From the NCBI GenBank assembly GCA_964016885.1, contig OZ024754.1, positions 39,866,001 to 39,930,000 on the forward strand: a stretch of DNA of 64,000 bases, given 5' to 3'. The position numbers and the translations under genes were made by a program. Under the pieces are notes generated by a model. That model was not told the origin of the DNA, did no database searches, and was given only the letters and a program-made list of their open reading frames with translations. Every line of letters starts with the position of its first letter. Positions within the stretch are counted from its first letter, which is position 1. Positions 50,369 to 64,000 of this stretch are shown piece by piece. Source of the stretch: Eledone cirrhosa (taxonomy: Eukaryota).

Positions 50369-50881
50369 GAAAGCAATGCCTCACTCACCAGTTCCATGTT
50401 TAGCTCTAAAGAAAAGTCCTATGAAAACTTATCTAATCAGGGGTATTTACCAATACCTGAAGGAGCATGTTCCCTTTTATCAGAGAAGGAATCGGGGAAT
50501 GAATCTGGATATAGTTCTCATAGCGCCGGCTATACAAAAGATTTGCCAATGGACAAAAGATTGGAAAATCTGTCCAATGCAAGCGACCATCTAGTTGATA
50601 TAAACAGTCTTGAGGGCAAACAGAACAACTTGTCTGAGTCAAATAGTGGTCCTTCAGACAAGAGAATGAGATTTTTGCGAACTGCTAGTGCCCTACAACG
50701 GTCAGGACTGATGGATATAACTATGAAGACTGCTGATATTTTGAAACAGAACCGAATACTGAACAAAGAAATAGAAAGATTACATCAGGACACACTCAAG
50801 TTTTTACACAGTGTCATAAATAACCCTGAGAATAAACCTTTCCAAGACACAATTACGAGGAACTGTGATAAACATTCTTGA
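50369..50881 (+). CDS. CIPC: CIPC-like last coding exon with the CiPC domain
   Basis: ttctatag|GAA AGC at phase 0. Contains SEKESGNESGYSS (cf. vertebrate CIPC ESEKDSGFSD) and KRMRFLRTASALQRSGLMDITMKTADILKQNRILNKEIERLHQDTLKF (cf. CIPC [48 protein letters not shown], recalled from memory). The four exons total 813 nt = 270 aa + stop. Confidence 0.88.
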   Translation, partial: ESNASLTSSMFSSKEKSYENLSNQGYLPIPEGACSLLSEKESGNESGYSSHSAGYTKDLPMDKRLENLSNASDHLVDINSLEGKQNNLSESNSGPSDKRMRFLRTASALQRSGLMDITMKTADILKQNRILNKEIERLHQDTLKFLHSVINNPENKPFQDTITRNCDKHS

Positions 50882-52217
50882 ATAAAACGTGTGGGCTTCT
50901 AAATCTTCCTTTATCAGACACACACACACATTTAATACTGTTTCCACATTTACTAAAGGCACAAAAATTAATCCACCATTCACTACAAACCACCATCATC
51001 ATCATCATCTCAACTTTTACTTCTAACTATTCAACTCTCCTCTACAACTCAGATTTTTCTATTTCATAAGATTATCATTTTATCTAATATTTGTCCTCTT
51101 TTTCTTTTGCATTCGAAGAAAAAGTTTTGTTTGAAATATCCATCTTTTTTCACTCTTTACTTCATTCCATCAATCAGTATTATTTTAATTTTATTTCAAT
51201 TTTATTTCAATTTTACTTTTTGCTGCTGTATATTATAAATCGTTTTATTTATTATTTCCTTTCCTTTTTTCCCCATCTCACCTCAATACTCTCAGTTATG
51301 TAACAGAGAATATTACTAGTCAGTCAAACTCCCTTTAATATACAAACCATTATAACTGATGGAAGAAAGAATTCAATTTGAATGGATATAAACTTATAAA
51401 TATTTGAAATTACCATCTAGTATCTGTTCTGCCTCACTGACCACTTCAAGGATCTGGTTAACCTCTCATCTAGTTTACTCTACTAAATCTATTTCCATAC
51501 AACCATCTTGTCATCCATGGTAAAACTACAAATAATAAGATTTACGGCTTTGTTGTTTCTTATTGGTGAGGAAAAATAAGAAACATGTTAATTATTTTCT
51601 TTTACCTCCACAAAAAACCCCACAAAACTAATAATAATAATGACAAAAATGGCAAAGGAGAAAGAAATTTAGTTGATGTAACATCTCAATATCTTTAATG
51701 CTTCAGGAGCCATCTTAGATTTGTACTGTTCTTGTTTTATATACAGCACTCATTCCATTATCATTAAATTTTCCCCTCTTGAAATTTCAATGCTGAATTA
51801 ATCAAATTAATTTATTACTTCTGTCTCATCAAATATAAGTTGTTCTTTTGTTTCATTCAAGTAGTCTGGCCATAATGCTGACTAAAACTAGTCTTTCTAT
51901 AATTGTTACAGCTTTGCATTCTGTTCACAAAATAACCAACAGATTTATTATGTAACAAATTAGGTTCCTGAACAGTTTTTTTTTTATATGGCAAAAATTT
52001 CTTATTTGAATTTGTTTCCTTCATCTTAATTTCCAAATTTGTTTTCCTCAGTTAGAAAATTGTATTGGTTTACTGTTAAAGAGTAAGCTATATTTAAGAA
52101 GCTGTGAAGTGGACACATTATCCATATGTCACTGTTGAAAGTTAACAGTGATGGATGTAGTTAACTGTGATGCTCTCCCAAGTTTTATCAATTGTCATGG
52201 CAGTTTGTTTTAGTGTC

Positions 52218-52275
<58 letters not shown>

Positions 52276-52308
52276 TGGAAAATGTATGAAATCCTTGCTA
52301 CAGTTAGG

Positions 52309-52504
52309 TATATTTAAAAAAAGGAAAGAATGACTTCACTTGTAGTTCTAAACAATTTAATTTAATTTATAATATTATGATTTTACAATTTGGTTTTGTA
52401 GATCTAGTCTACAAAACCAAATTGTAAAATCCTAATATTATAAAATTAAATTAAATTGTTTAGAACTACAAGTAAAGTCATTCTTTTCCCTTTTTTTAAA
52501 TATA
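52309..52504. repeat. Near-perfect ~195-bp inverted repeat
   Basis: Arms of ~95 bp around ttttgtaga-tctag-tctacaaaa, with few mismatches. Confidence 0.92.
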
Positions 52505-54477
52505 TATATATATTGACAGGACAAAATATTTCACTGTGAAAAGTGTTTTTATCTATTTTCTCCTTTAAATGATCATATGTCAGAAATGTGTATAGTTAGT
52601 TCTACTGTTGAAAGTTCTATTTCCTGTCATGTGGGATAGTACTGCTGGTAAATGTTACAGACTGACTGTCTTACTGTAAAATGTACATATTGTTGAAAGA
52701 ACCAAAAAATAGTATTTGATTATATAAACCAATGTTTTCAAAATAGTTTTATTGGTTTTTGAAAAAAAGTCTATATTCCTACAATATGGCACTCAAATCT
52801 GCCATCACTGGTCTAAACATATTTATTTTCTATTTTATGGCTTTCATTTTTAGTGATTAGTCAATTAAGCATGTGACAATTTTGTTGGTTGTTCAGTTGG
52901 AACTACACACCAAAAGCAATTGAAAACACTCACCATCTTATTTATATTGGCATCAGTATAAAATTTCAGGCTCTTTTATAGGGAGTGACCATAACTAGAA
53001 GGAGAATAATTTTATCTTAAGAGTTTAATGTCAGATTTGTTCAATGTTGTACTATAAAATCTTTATAGATTTTAGAACTTCTAACAAAAACAAAAGAAAA
53101 CAAACTATTGTTGGTGTTTTTATTGTTGTTGCAGCAATGAGTTTAACTGTAAATTCTGTAACCCAGTTTCAATTCCTAGTTGGAACTATTTCACTTCTTA
53201 ATTCACTTAATACCCTTCGGTAAGGTATGAACATCAGAACATCATATTTTCATTTAATCATAATTTAAAAGTTTCATTGTTTGGGAATCATAATCATCGC
53301 CGTCATCATCATCATCATCATTATCATCATCATCGTTGTCATCTTTGAGTTAGGGAGGGAACAGAAATGGCACAACAATGATCTAAATACCTTGTGGTGT
53401 TTAATTGTATTCCTCAGCATTATATGTATAAATACCACAAAAATTGACTTTGACTTTGATCGTTTCAGTGTTGGTAAAATATGCAATTACTAACGGTCAT
53501 ATACTGGGGAAATTAATTGACAATAGCCCTACCCTAACCTACTCTACAAATGTATGGCCTTGTGCCAAAGTATTATGATTATTATTAGGAAATCACTATT
53601 GTCCACTTTTAACATACTGGACCCAGTTTCAATTCCAAGTTACGGTTTATGTATATATTCACTGATATCACTAATACCCTTGGGAAATGAATGATTGTTA
53701 CTAACTCGCATTTTCTCTTATCTAAAAATTCTTGGACTCTGTAATGATGTAAGTTCTTCAGTCACTAATTCCTTAAACTGGTTTCAATTTCGAGTTGGAA
53801 CTTTTAGGAGATTTCAAAAATTACATATTTTTATCTTTGTTCATTTATAAATCTAAATTTAAACTGGCTGTATCCGGCCAGAATTCTCTCATCTCTTTCT
53901 GTTTAAACCGGCCGTAACTAGCCACTTATACTGATGTTAAGGTATTGTTCTCAAAATAGATAATATAAAATGTCATAGATTCGATATTATGTAAGATAAA
54001 GCCTTTACTGCAAAAATATAATAGTAATATAATATAAAATATAATATAATACCAGGTGGTGCTATTAAGTTAGACATGGTCTGGGCCAATACTGGCCGAA
54101 ACCTATCAAAGTTAAGTATATATAGAGTAATGTAAATGGCAAAGGGTTAAGGTTTTATGGCTGACTTATGCATAGAAGATCAAGTAATTATATAATTGTC
54201 GTATTTAATCAGAACTAGCCATCATATGATGCATATGGAAGCTTTATCATTCATGTCATCTCTGAGGGATGTTGGTGATGTTAACTGAAGTAATATGGGT
54301 CCAGCTTGGAATTGAAACCCCAATCTCATTTCCAGCTCTCCAACAATATACCATTCCACTTTCCATAATAATCAACAATTCTTAGCTCTTCTAAATCATG
54401 TTTCACTACACAATACTCATTTAATTGACTCTCTTTCTCTCTCTAATACATGTGTATATATGTATATATATATATAT

Positions 54478-54630
54478 AACGAAGGAAGTGTGGTAAGGAA
54501 CCAGGTGGACCATAACGCACCAGAGTACTCAATACTTAGGGTAGTAGAGTGGGTAATAGGAAATTGTTCAAGACCCCGACGGCAGAGCCTCAAGCCGTTT
54601 TGACGGCTATTTCTAGTCCAGAAATAGCCG
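54478..54630 (-). mobile_element. Second copy of the 35212 element family
   Basis: Reverse complement of 35255-35408 with a hairpin acggctatttct-ggact-agaaatagccgt. Abuts (TA)n. Confidence 0.75.
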
Positions 54631-55777
54631 TGATTAACTTTGCCTTTCATCCTTACTCTAACACTTTACAGAGTGCACTGGGTGCATTTGATCATGGCAC
54701 CAACACTAGAGAGTTTGTCTTATGTATCACCAGGATCGAAGAGTCTTCTCAAACACTATATTGTCCATGATTTCATACACTGTAACCTCTAGTCACTCAC
54801 TACTTTTACTTTTTGCATTTCAGTGGTTTTACAAGAAGGTGGGTCTTTTGCATATCACTAGTGAGGTACAATTTCTTGAAGTCATTCTTCACAACTTCAT
54901 CTCATGTCTACTTCAAGCACTCAGCATTTAAAAAAAAATACAACTCTTGCTCTCTATATGTATCACATGACCATACCAGCTCAGTTGTCTCTTTTGCAGG
55001 ATACATTTAGTCACTCTTAAACTCAATTTTTCTCTCAGCTCACTTATGTTCTGTAATTCACATATGCTAACATTACACATCCAGTGGTCTTATGCCAATA
55101 TAAACATTAACTCTTTAGCATTTAGACCAGCCATATCCGGCCAGAATTCTCTCACTTCTTTCTGTTCAAACTGGCTTTAACCGGCCACTGATACAGATGT
55201 TAAGGTATTGTTCTCAAAATAAATAATATGAAAATCTCATAGATTCAATATTATGTGAGATACTATGTGAGATAAAGCCTTTAGTGTGAAAATACAGTAA
55301 CATATATCGAATAATGTAAATGCTAAAGGGTTAAAAAATAACCTCATTAGTACAGTGAAATAGTATGAAACACTAGCTTGCTGAACTACATGTCTCACAG
55401 TATTTAACTCTATTGCTTTCTACATAGTTTTTAGTTCAAATTCTACCAAGGTCGACTATGTTTTTCATTCTCCCAGGGTTGATAATAAAACATACAAGCA
55501 AAGTACTGAGGTTGATTAAATTGATTACATCATAACATTTCTACATCAAAATAAATTTTGTGGCTTTGTGTCAAACTTTAAAAGGTCATATTTATCCATT
55601 AATCATTGAAAGTTAGGGAATATTTCCAAATAGGATTTGAAACTGATGTTGAAGTTGTATTAGACTGCTATCTTGCATCTTGTATTAAACTACCTTGTAT
55701 TAAACTACCTTGTATTAAACTACCTTACATGCCAATGATATCATTATTATTGTTGTTTCATTGTTATAATTTTGTAA

Positions 55778-57500
<1,723 letters not shown>

Positions 57501-58091
57501 GGTATATGCTATACACACACACATATGTGTGTGTGTGTATATACATATATATACACCCACACACAAAATAAAACAGTGTGTTGAATTCTTTTTTTTTCTT
57601 CTAACAAGTAGAATCTATTGGGACCACAGCAATTCCTTAAATTTTAATTGCAAAATTGAATTCAGCAAATCGAAACCTAGCTGACCTCCATTCCTTCTTT
57701 ATTAAATAACTTCACAATATAATTAACCTTCTGACCCTCATATCTGGTGCGTTGTAGTTTTCACCAATTTTGACACCTGACATATAACCAATGATGATTG
57801 TACTTTAGTTCACTTGCTATATCAGGTATCTGTGACCAGTATGTTAGTCCTCAATACTAAAAAACAGTTTGTTGTGCTTCTCAGCTGGCTTTTATTTTTA
57901 CAGTCTCAATTGTATGTCATTTTGTAAAATTTTTTTTTTTTAAATTTTTTTTAAAAAATTATATTTTTATTTCTAATAAAAGATATTTCCTGTCAAATTC
58001 TTTAATTCTGTTGTTGTTTTTCCTTAATCTTCCTGATACTAAACGGCCTGAAACCATTTCTGGTTCTATTATACACGTGTTTGTTTTTAAG

Positions 58092-59817
58092 CAGGGGTGT
58101 GCAATATATTCCATTGGTGGGCCACTTTTGAACATTGGAACCACTATTAGGGCCATTAAATATTTAGTAAGCACTATTCCAAAGATTCACCACAAGTCCT
58201 TTCCATAACATGGAACTGGGAAATTATAACACACATAACCCTAGCAGTGAAGCCCTTTAGTATAGGTCAACTGGGAGTTTATAACACATAACCCTATCAA
58301 TGAAGTCCTTTAGTATAGGTCAACTGGGAGTTTATAACACATAACCCTATCAGTGAAGTCCTTTAGTATAGGTCAACTGGGAGTTTATAACACATAACCC
58401 TATCAATGAAGTCCTTTAGTATAGGTCAACTGGGAGTTTATAACACATAACCCTATCAGTGAAGTCCTTTAGTATAGGTCAACTGGGAGTTTATAACACA
58501 TAACCCTATCAGTGAAGTCCTTTAGTATAGGTCAACTGGGAGTTTATAACACATAACCCTATCAGTGAAGTCCTTTAGTATAGGTCAACTGGGAGTTTAT
58601 AACACATAACCCTATCAATGAAGTCCTTTAGTATAGGTCAACTGGGAGTTTATAACACATAACCCTATCAGTGAAGTCCTTTAGTATAGGTCAACTGGGA
58701 GTTTATAACACACATAACCCTATCAATGAAGTCCTTTAGTATAGGTCAACTGGGAGTTTATAACACACATAACCCTATCAGTGAAGTCCTTTAGTATAGG
58801 TCAACTGGGAGTTTATAACACACATAACCCTATCAGTGAAGTCCTTTAGTATAGGTCAACTGGGAGTTTATAACACACATAACCCTATCAGTGAAGTCCT
58901 TTAGTATAGGTCAACTGGGAGTTTATAACACACATAACCCTATCAGTAAAGTCCTTTAGTATAGGTCAACTGGGAGTTTATAACACACATAACCCTATCA
59001 GTGAAGTCCTTTAGTATAGGTCAACTGGGAGTTTATAACACACATAACCCTATCAGTGAAGTCCTTTAGTATAGGTCAACTGGGAGTTTATAACACACAT
59101 AACCCTATCAGTGAAGTCCTTTAGTATAGGTCAACTGGGAGTTTATAACACACATAACCCTATCAGTGAAGTCCTTTAGTATAGGTCAACTGGGAGTTTA
59201 TAACACACATAACCCTATCAGTGAAGTCCTTTAGTATAGGTCAACTGGGAGTTTATAACACATAACCCTATCAGTGAAGTCCTTTAGTATAGGTCAACTG
59301 GGAGTTTATAACACATAACCCTATCAATGAAGTCCTTTAGTATAGGTCAACTGGGAGTTTATAACACATAACCCTATCAGTGAAGTCCTTTAGTATAGGT
59401 CAACTGGGAGTTTATAACACACATAACCCTATCAATGAAGTCCTTTAGTATAGGTCAACTGGGAGTTTATAACACACATAACCCTATCAGTGAAGTCCTT
59501 TAGTATAGGTCAACTGGGAGTTTATAACACACATAACCCTATCAGTGAAGTCCTTTAGTATAGGTCAACTGGGAGTTTATAACACACATAACCCTATCAG
59601 TGAAGTCCTTTAGTATAGGTCAACTGGGAGTTTATAACACACATAACCCTATCAGTAAAGTCCTTTAGTATAGGTCAACTAACAGAAAATTGTATTACGG
59701 TTCCGAAAAAAATTCTAAATAAGCTTACAACATGAAAATTAAAAAGTCATCGCGGGCCACTCTGACTGGTCTGGAGGGCCGGATTGTGGCCCATGAGCCG
59801 CCTGTTGCATGCCTCTG
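58092..59817 (+). mobile_element. hAT-type MITE expanded by an internal satellite
   Basis: Ends CAGGGGTGTGCAA / TTGCATGCCTCTG, with TSD TTTTTAAG at 58084-91 and 59818-25. Subterminal gggcc motifs. Confidence 0.85.
58215..59680. repeat. 53/55-bp tandem satellite, ~27 copies
   Basis: Unit aactgggagtttataaca(ca)cataaccctatcagtgaagtcctttagtataggtc. Confidence 0.98.
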
Positions 59818-60531
59818 TTTTTAAGGGTTTATATGTAAACTTGAACCATCCATCATAATTTTTGTTATTTTTAAAACACTAACTTAAAAATGAAAATCCT
59901 CCATAGGTTTTGGTTATTTTCAAAATCAAGTGAAAATCATAGGCTATGCATTTCATTAGGAAAATGGTACCAGAAACGTTAAGAATCAAGACAATTTCTG
60001 GTTTAACAGTTTGCCATAGACACAGAAACAGTAATGGTTACAGCGTACAAAATTACTCTTTCGCAGTATGTCGTAAACAGGTGAAAATTGCCTGATTTGA
60101 AACTTTACAGGTTTGGACATCTGGTCACCTCGGCAGAATTACCACAGTGTTTCCTTGTCATTGTTCTAAGACTTCACCAAGGTAAAAATGTGTGGGCCAG
60201 GTATGTATTTCTGTGTAAGAAGAAGACTCTGGATGTGTTGTGTCCTAAATAGCCTATCCTGATGCTGTCTTCCCATGTTAGTGATTCATCTCTCACTTGA
60301 GCTAAGTGTCATGGTTGACTTCACAGACGTAGAAAGAGGGGTCAAACTTGAATATTTTAACCGTTAAGGAGTAAAAAAAAGAAACATTGATTTATTACTC
60401 AGCTTTCTGCTGAAATGAGTAGTCAGCTTAATTTATTGTAGATTACAGAGGTTGTTCACCAATCATGGATACAAATTTGAAAGGTTTTTGCATGAGAATG
60501 TTGTGTTGTGGAACAATACTACACTTTAAAT

Positions 60532-60728
60532 CAGGCATGTCAAACTGAGGGTCCCCGGAGCGCCACATGGGTACATGTGTTGTCTGAGGGCCACACACGA
60601 CAACTAATTGCACATATTACAACTCATTTTTTGAATTTTATATTACAAAGATAAAACATGCTCATGCAGTAAAAACTTTGTGCGGGCCACAGCAGTGTTT
60701 GTAAAGGGCTGTATGTTTGACAGGCCTG
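60532..60728 (+). mobile_element. hAT-type MITE, same family as 22352
   Basis: TIRs CAGGCATGTCAAAC / GTTTGACAGGCCTG, with TSD CTTTAAAT on both sides. Confidence 0.9.
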
Positions 60729-61004
60729 CTTTAAATCATACTGTGTGGTTAAGTAATACTACACTTTAAATCAATGTGTTGTTGAGCAATACTACACTTC
60801 AACCTTTCAGCATTTACATTACTCTATATATGCTATTGTCTTTTCACAGAAAAGGTTTTATCTCACATAATATTGAATCTATGAGTTTTTGATATTATTT
60901 ATTTTGAATACCTTAATGTCAGTATGAGAGGCTAGTTACAGCCAGTTTGAACAGAAAGAAGTGAGGGAATTCTGGTCGGTTATGGCTGGTTTAAATGCTA
61001 AAGG

Positions 61005-61318
61005 GTTAAATCATACTATGTGGTTCAGTAATACTACACTTTAAACCATACTGTGTGGTTCAGCAATACTACATTTTAAACCATACTGTATGGTTCAGCA
61101 ATACTACACTTTAAATCATACAATGTGGTTCAGCAATACTACACTTTAAATCATACAATGTGGTTCAGTAATACTACACTTTAAACCATACTGTGTGGTT
61201 CGGCAATACTACATTTTAAACCATACTGTATGGTTCAGCAATACTACACTTTAAACCATACAATGTGGTTCAGCAATACTACATATTGCAAGGATGTGTG
61301 GTTGAGCAATACTGGACT
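61005..61318. repeat. 39-bp tandem repeat, ~8 copies
   Basis: tggttcagcaatactacactttaaaccatactgtg-type unit. Related units at 60505-60530 and 60730-60800 are split by MITE insertions. Confidence 0.85.
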
Positions 61319-62339
61319 CATTCTGATGTAGCTGGCAGTTAAGATATTGATACCACAAGGTGTATGTTTTCACTATGCAACTTATTTCTTTAGACAGTAT
61401 GGAATATAAATCAGAATAGAAAAGTCTGAAAGTCTGAAAGGTAAAGTTGACCTCGGTGGGATTTGAACTCAGAATTCAAAAATCTGGAACAAATACCACG
61501 AGATATTTTAGCTTATACACTAACAACTCTGTTAACCCTTTAGCATTTAAACCAGCCATAACCGGCCAGAATTCTTTCACTTCTTTCTGTTCAAACTGGC
61601 TGTAACTAGCCACTCATGCTTAGGTTAAGGTATTGTTCTCAAAATAAATAATATCAAAATGTCATAGATTCAATATTATTGAGATATTATGTAAGATAAA
61701 GCCTTTAATGCGAAAATACAATAGGATATATAGAGTAAAGGGTTAAATCAACACTTTCTGTACATGAACAACATCAATGACAATGATAACAACAACAATA
61801 ATATAAAAAAGGGAATTAACTGGTTCGTTTCATATTAAAAAGTAAATAACATTTTTGTGAGGATTTCGATAAAGTCAATTTATTGTCGAAAAGAAAACAT
61901 GAGAGAAAAAAAATAATAAATTTATTTAAAATTCCAGGAAAAAGACTTTTAATGTGTTGATTGAAATGTTATTTAAAAAAAAAGAAAAAGAAAAAAAGAA
62001 AAATAGATATTAAATGGTGAAATAGAGTTGTGAAATATATCTAATATAGAAGAAGAGTTTTTAATAAGAATAAAGTTTGAGAATGTATGAGATGTTTCGC
62101 TAAATGACTACATATTTTTGTTTAATTTTCTTTTGTTATAATTTTTTTTTTGTTCATGTGTTTCTTTTTCATTCATTTTGTTTGTTTGTTTGGAAGTTTG
62201 CGGAGGGAATATGAAGTGTAAGATATTTTCAAGTTAAAGGTTTGAAATACGAAAATAACTGGAAAACTTGTCAAGTTCCAGTTATTTGTCCTCTGTAAAA
62301 TTCCATGGAATTTGTATGTATAATATATATATAATATAT

Positions 62340-62467
<128 letters not shown>

Positions 62468-62500
62468 TATTATTATGTAATAAACAACATAAGGCAATTA

Positions 62501-62560
62501 TTCCATTTACCAGTGGTTTCTTAAAAGCAAAAGGTTTTGCTTTCAATCCTCAGAATGAAA
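62501..62560 (-). ncRNA. Type I hammerhead ribozyme (mirror copy within the palindrome)
   Basis: Exact reverse complement of 62635-62694, in the left arm of the 62465-62730 palindrome. Confidence 0.8.
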
Positions 62561-62634
62561 AATCCTGGTTTGTTTATTGAATATGGATTCTAAAAACGTT
62601 TTTAGAATCCATATTCAATAAACAAACCAGGATT

Positions 62635-62694
62635 TTTCATTCTGAGGATTGAAAGCAAAACCTTTTGCTTTTAAGAAACCACTGGTAAATGGAA
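62635..62694 (+). ncRNA. Type I hammerhead ribozyme
   Basis: UUUCAUU-CUGAGGA-UUGAAAGCAAAA(cc)UUUUGCUUUUAA-GAAACC-acu-GGUA-AAUGGAA. Stem I is 7 bp, stem II is long, stem III is ACC/GGU, triplet GUA. Confidence 0.8.
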
Positions 62695-62799
62695 TAATTG
62701 CCTTATGTTGTTTATTACATAATAATAATAATTAAGCTCTGTTGCTTACATAGAGCACTCTTTTTTCCTGGACTTTTCCGATGGAATTACTTCATTCAC

Positions 62800-64000
<1,201 letters not shown>

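Noticed and set aside
50376-50594. 72-aa overlapping alternative-frame ORF in the CIPC last exon
   Set aside because: No recognisable motif, and expected by chance alongside a real coding frame.
59990-60480. Unique-looking sequence with donor-like ag|gtaaaa and ag|gtatgt
   Set aside because: No convincing ORF or partner exon in the window, so no exon call can be supported.
62210-62295. Hairpin aaataactggaa...ttccagttattt after a GAAA, next to a TA array
   Set aside because: No CUGANGA box or stem I is identifiable, which is insufficient to call a ribozyme.

Overview
AT-rich, repeat-dense eukaryotic genomic DNA, most likely an octopus-type cephalopod. This is an inference from the tRNA-headed SINE families and the very long (TA)n, (CA)n and (GAT)n tracts. 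Two divergently transcribed, spliced protein-coding genes can be reconstructed by hand with phase-consistent GT-AG junctions. (1) Minus strand: the 5' half of a polypeptide GalNAc-transferase, GALNT7/pgant7-like, with coding exons 12525-12385, 4370-4199, 3587-3449, 3241-3069 and 904-694; it continues off the left edge. (2) Plus strand: a complete 270-aa CLOCK-interacting pacemaker (CIPC)-like gene, with coding exons 39980-40100, 42148-42267, 48200-48258 and 50369-50881, and E-box/D-box motifs upstream. The rest is transposon debris (CR1, RTE, CRE and Penelope fragments, SINEs, piggyBac- and hAT-type MITEs, Helitrons) and satellites, several of which arose inside MITEs. The most striking unannotated signal is a set of short elements inserted in (TA)n arrays. 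They often carry a fold-back (inverted) 5' copy of themselves and contain type I hammerhead ribozyme folds (CUGANGA...GAAA...NUH). At least five sequence families are visible; one shows stem II covariation between copies, and one ribozyme sits in sense orientation in an intron of the clock gene. Almost all other ORFs in the track are microsatellite artefacts.
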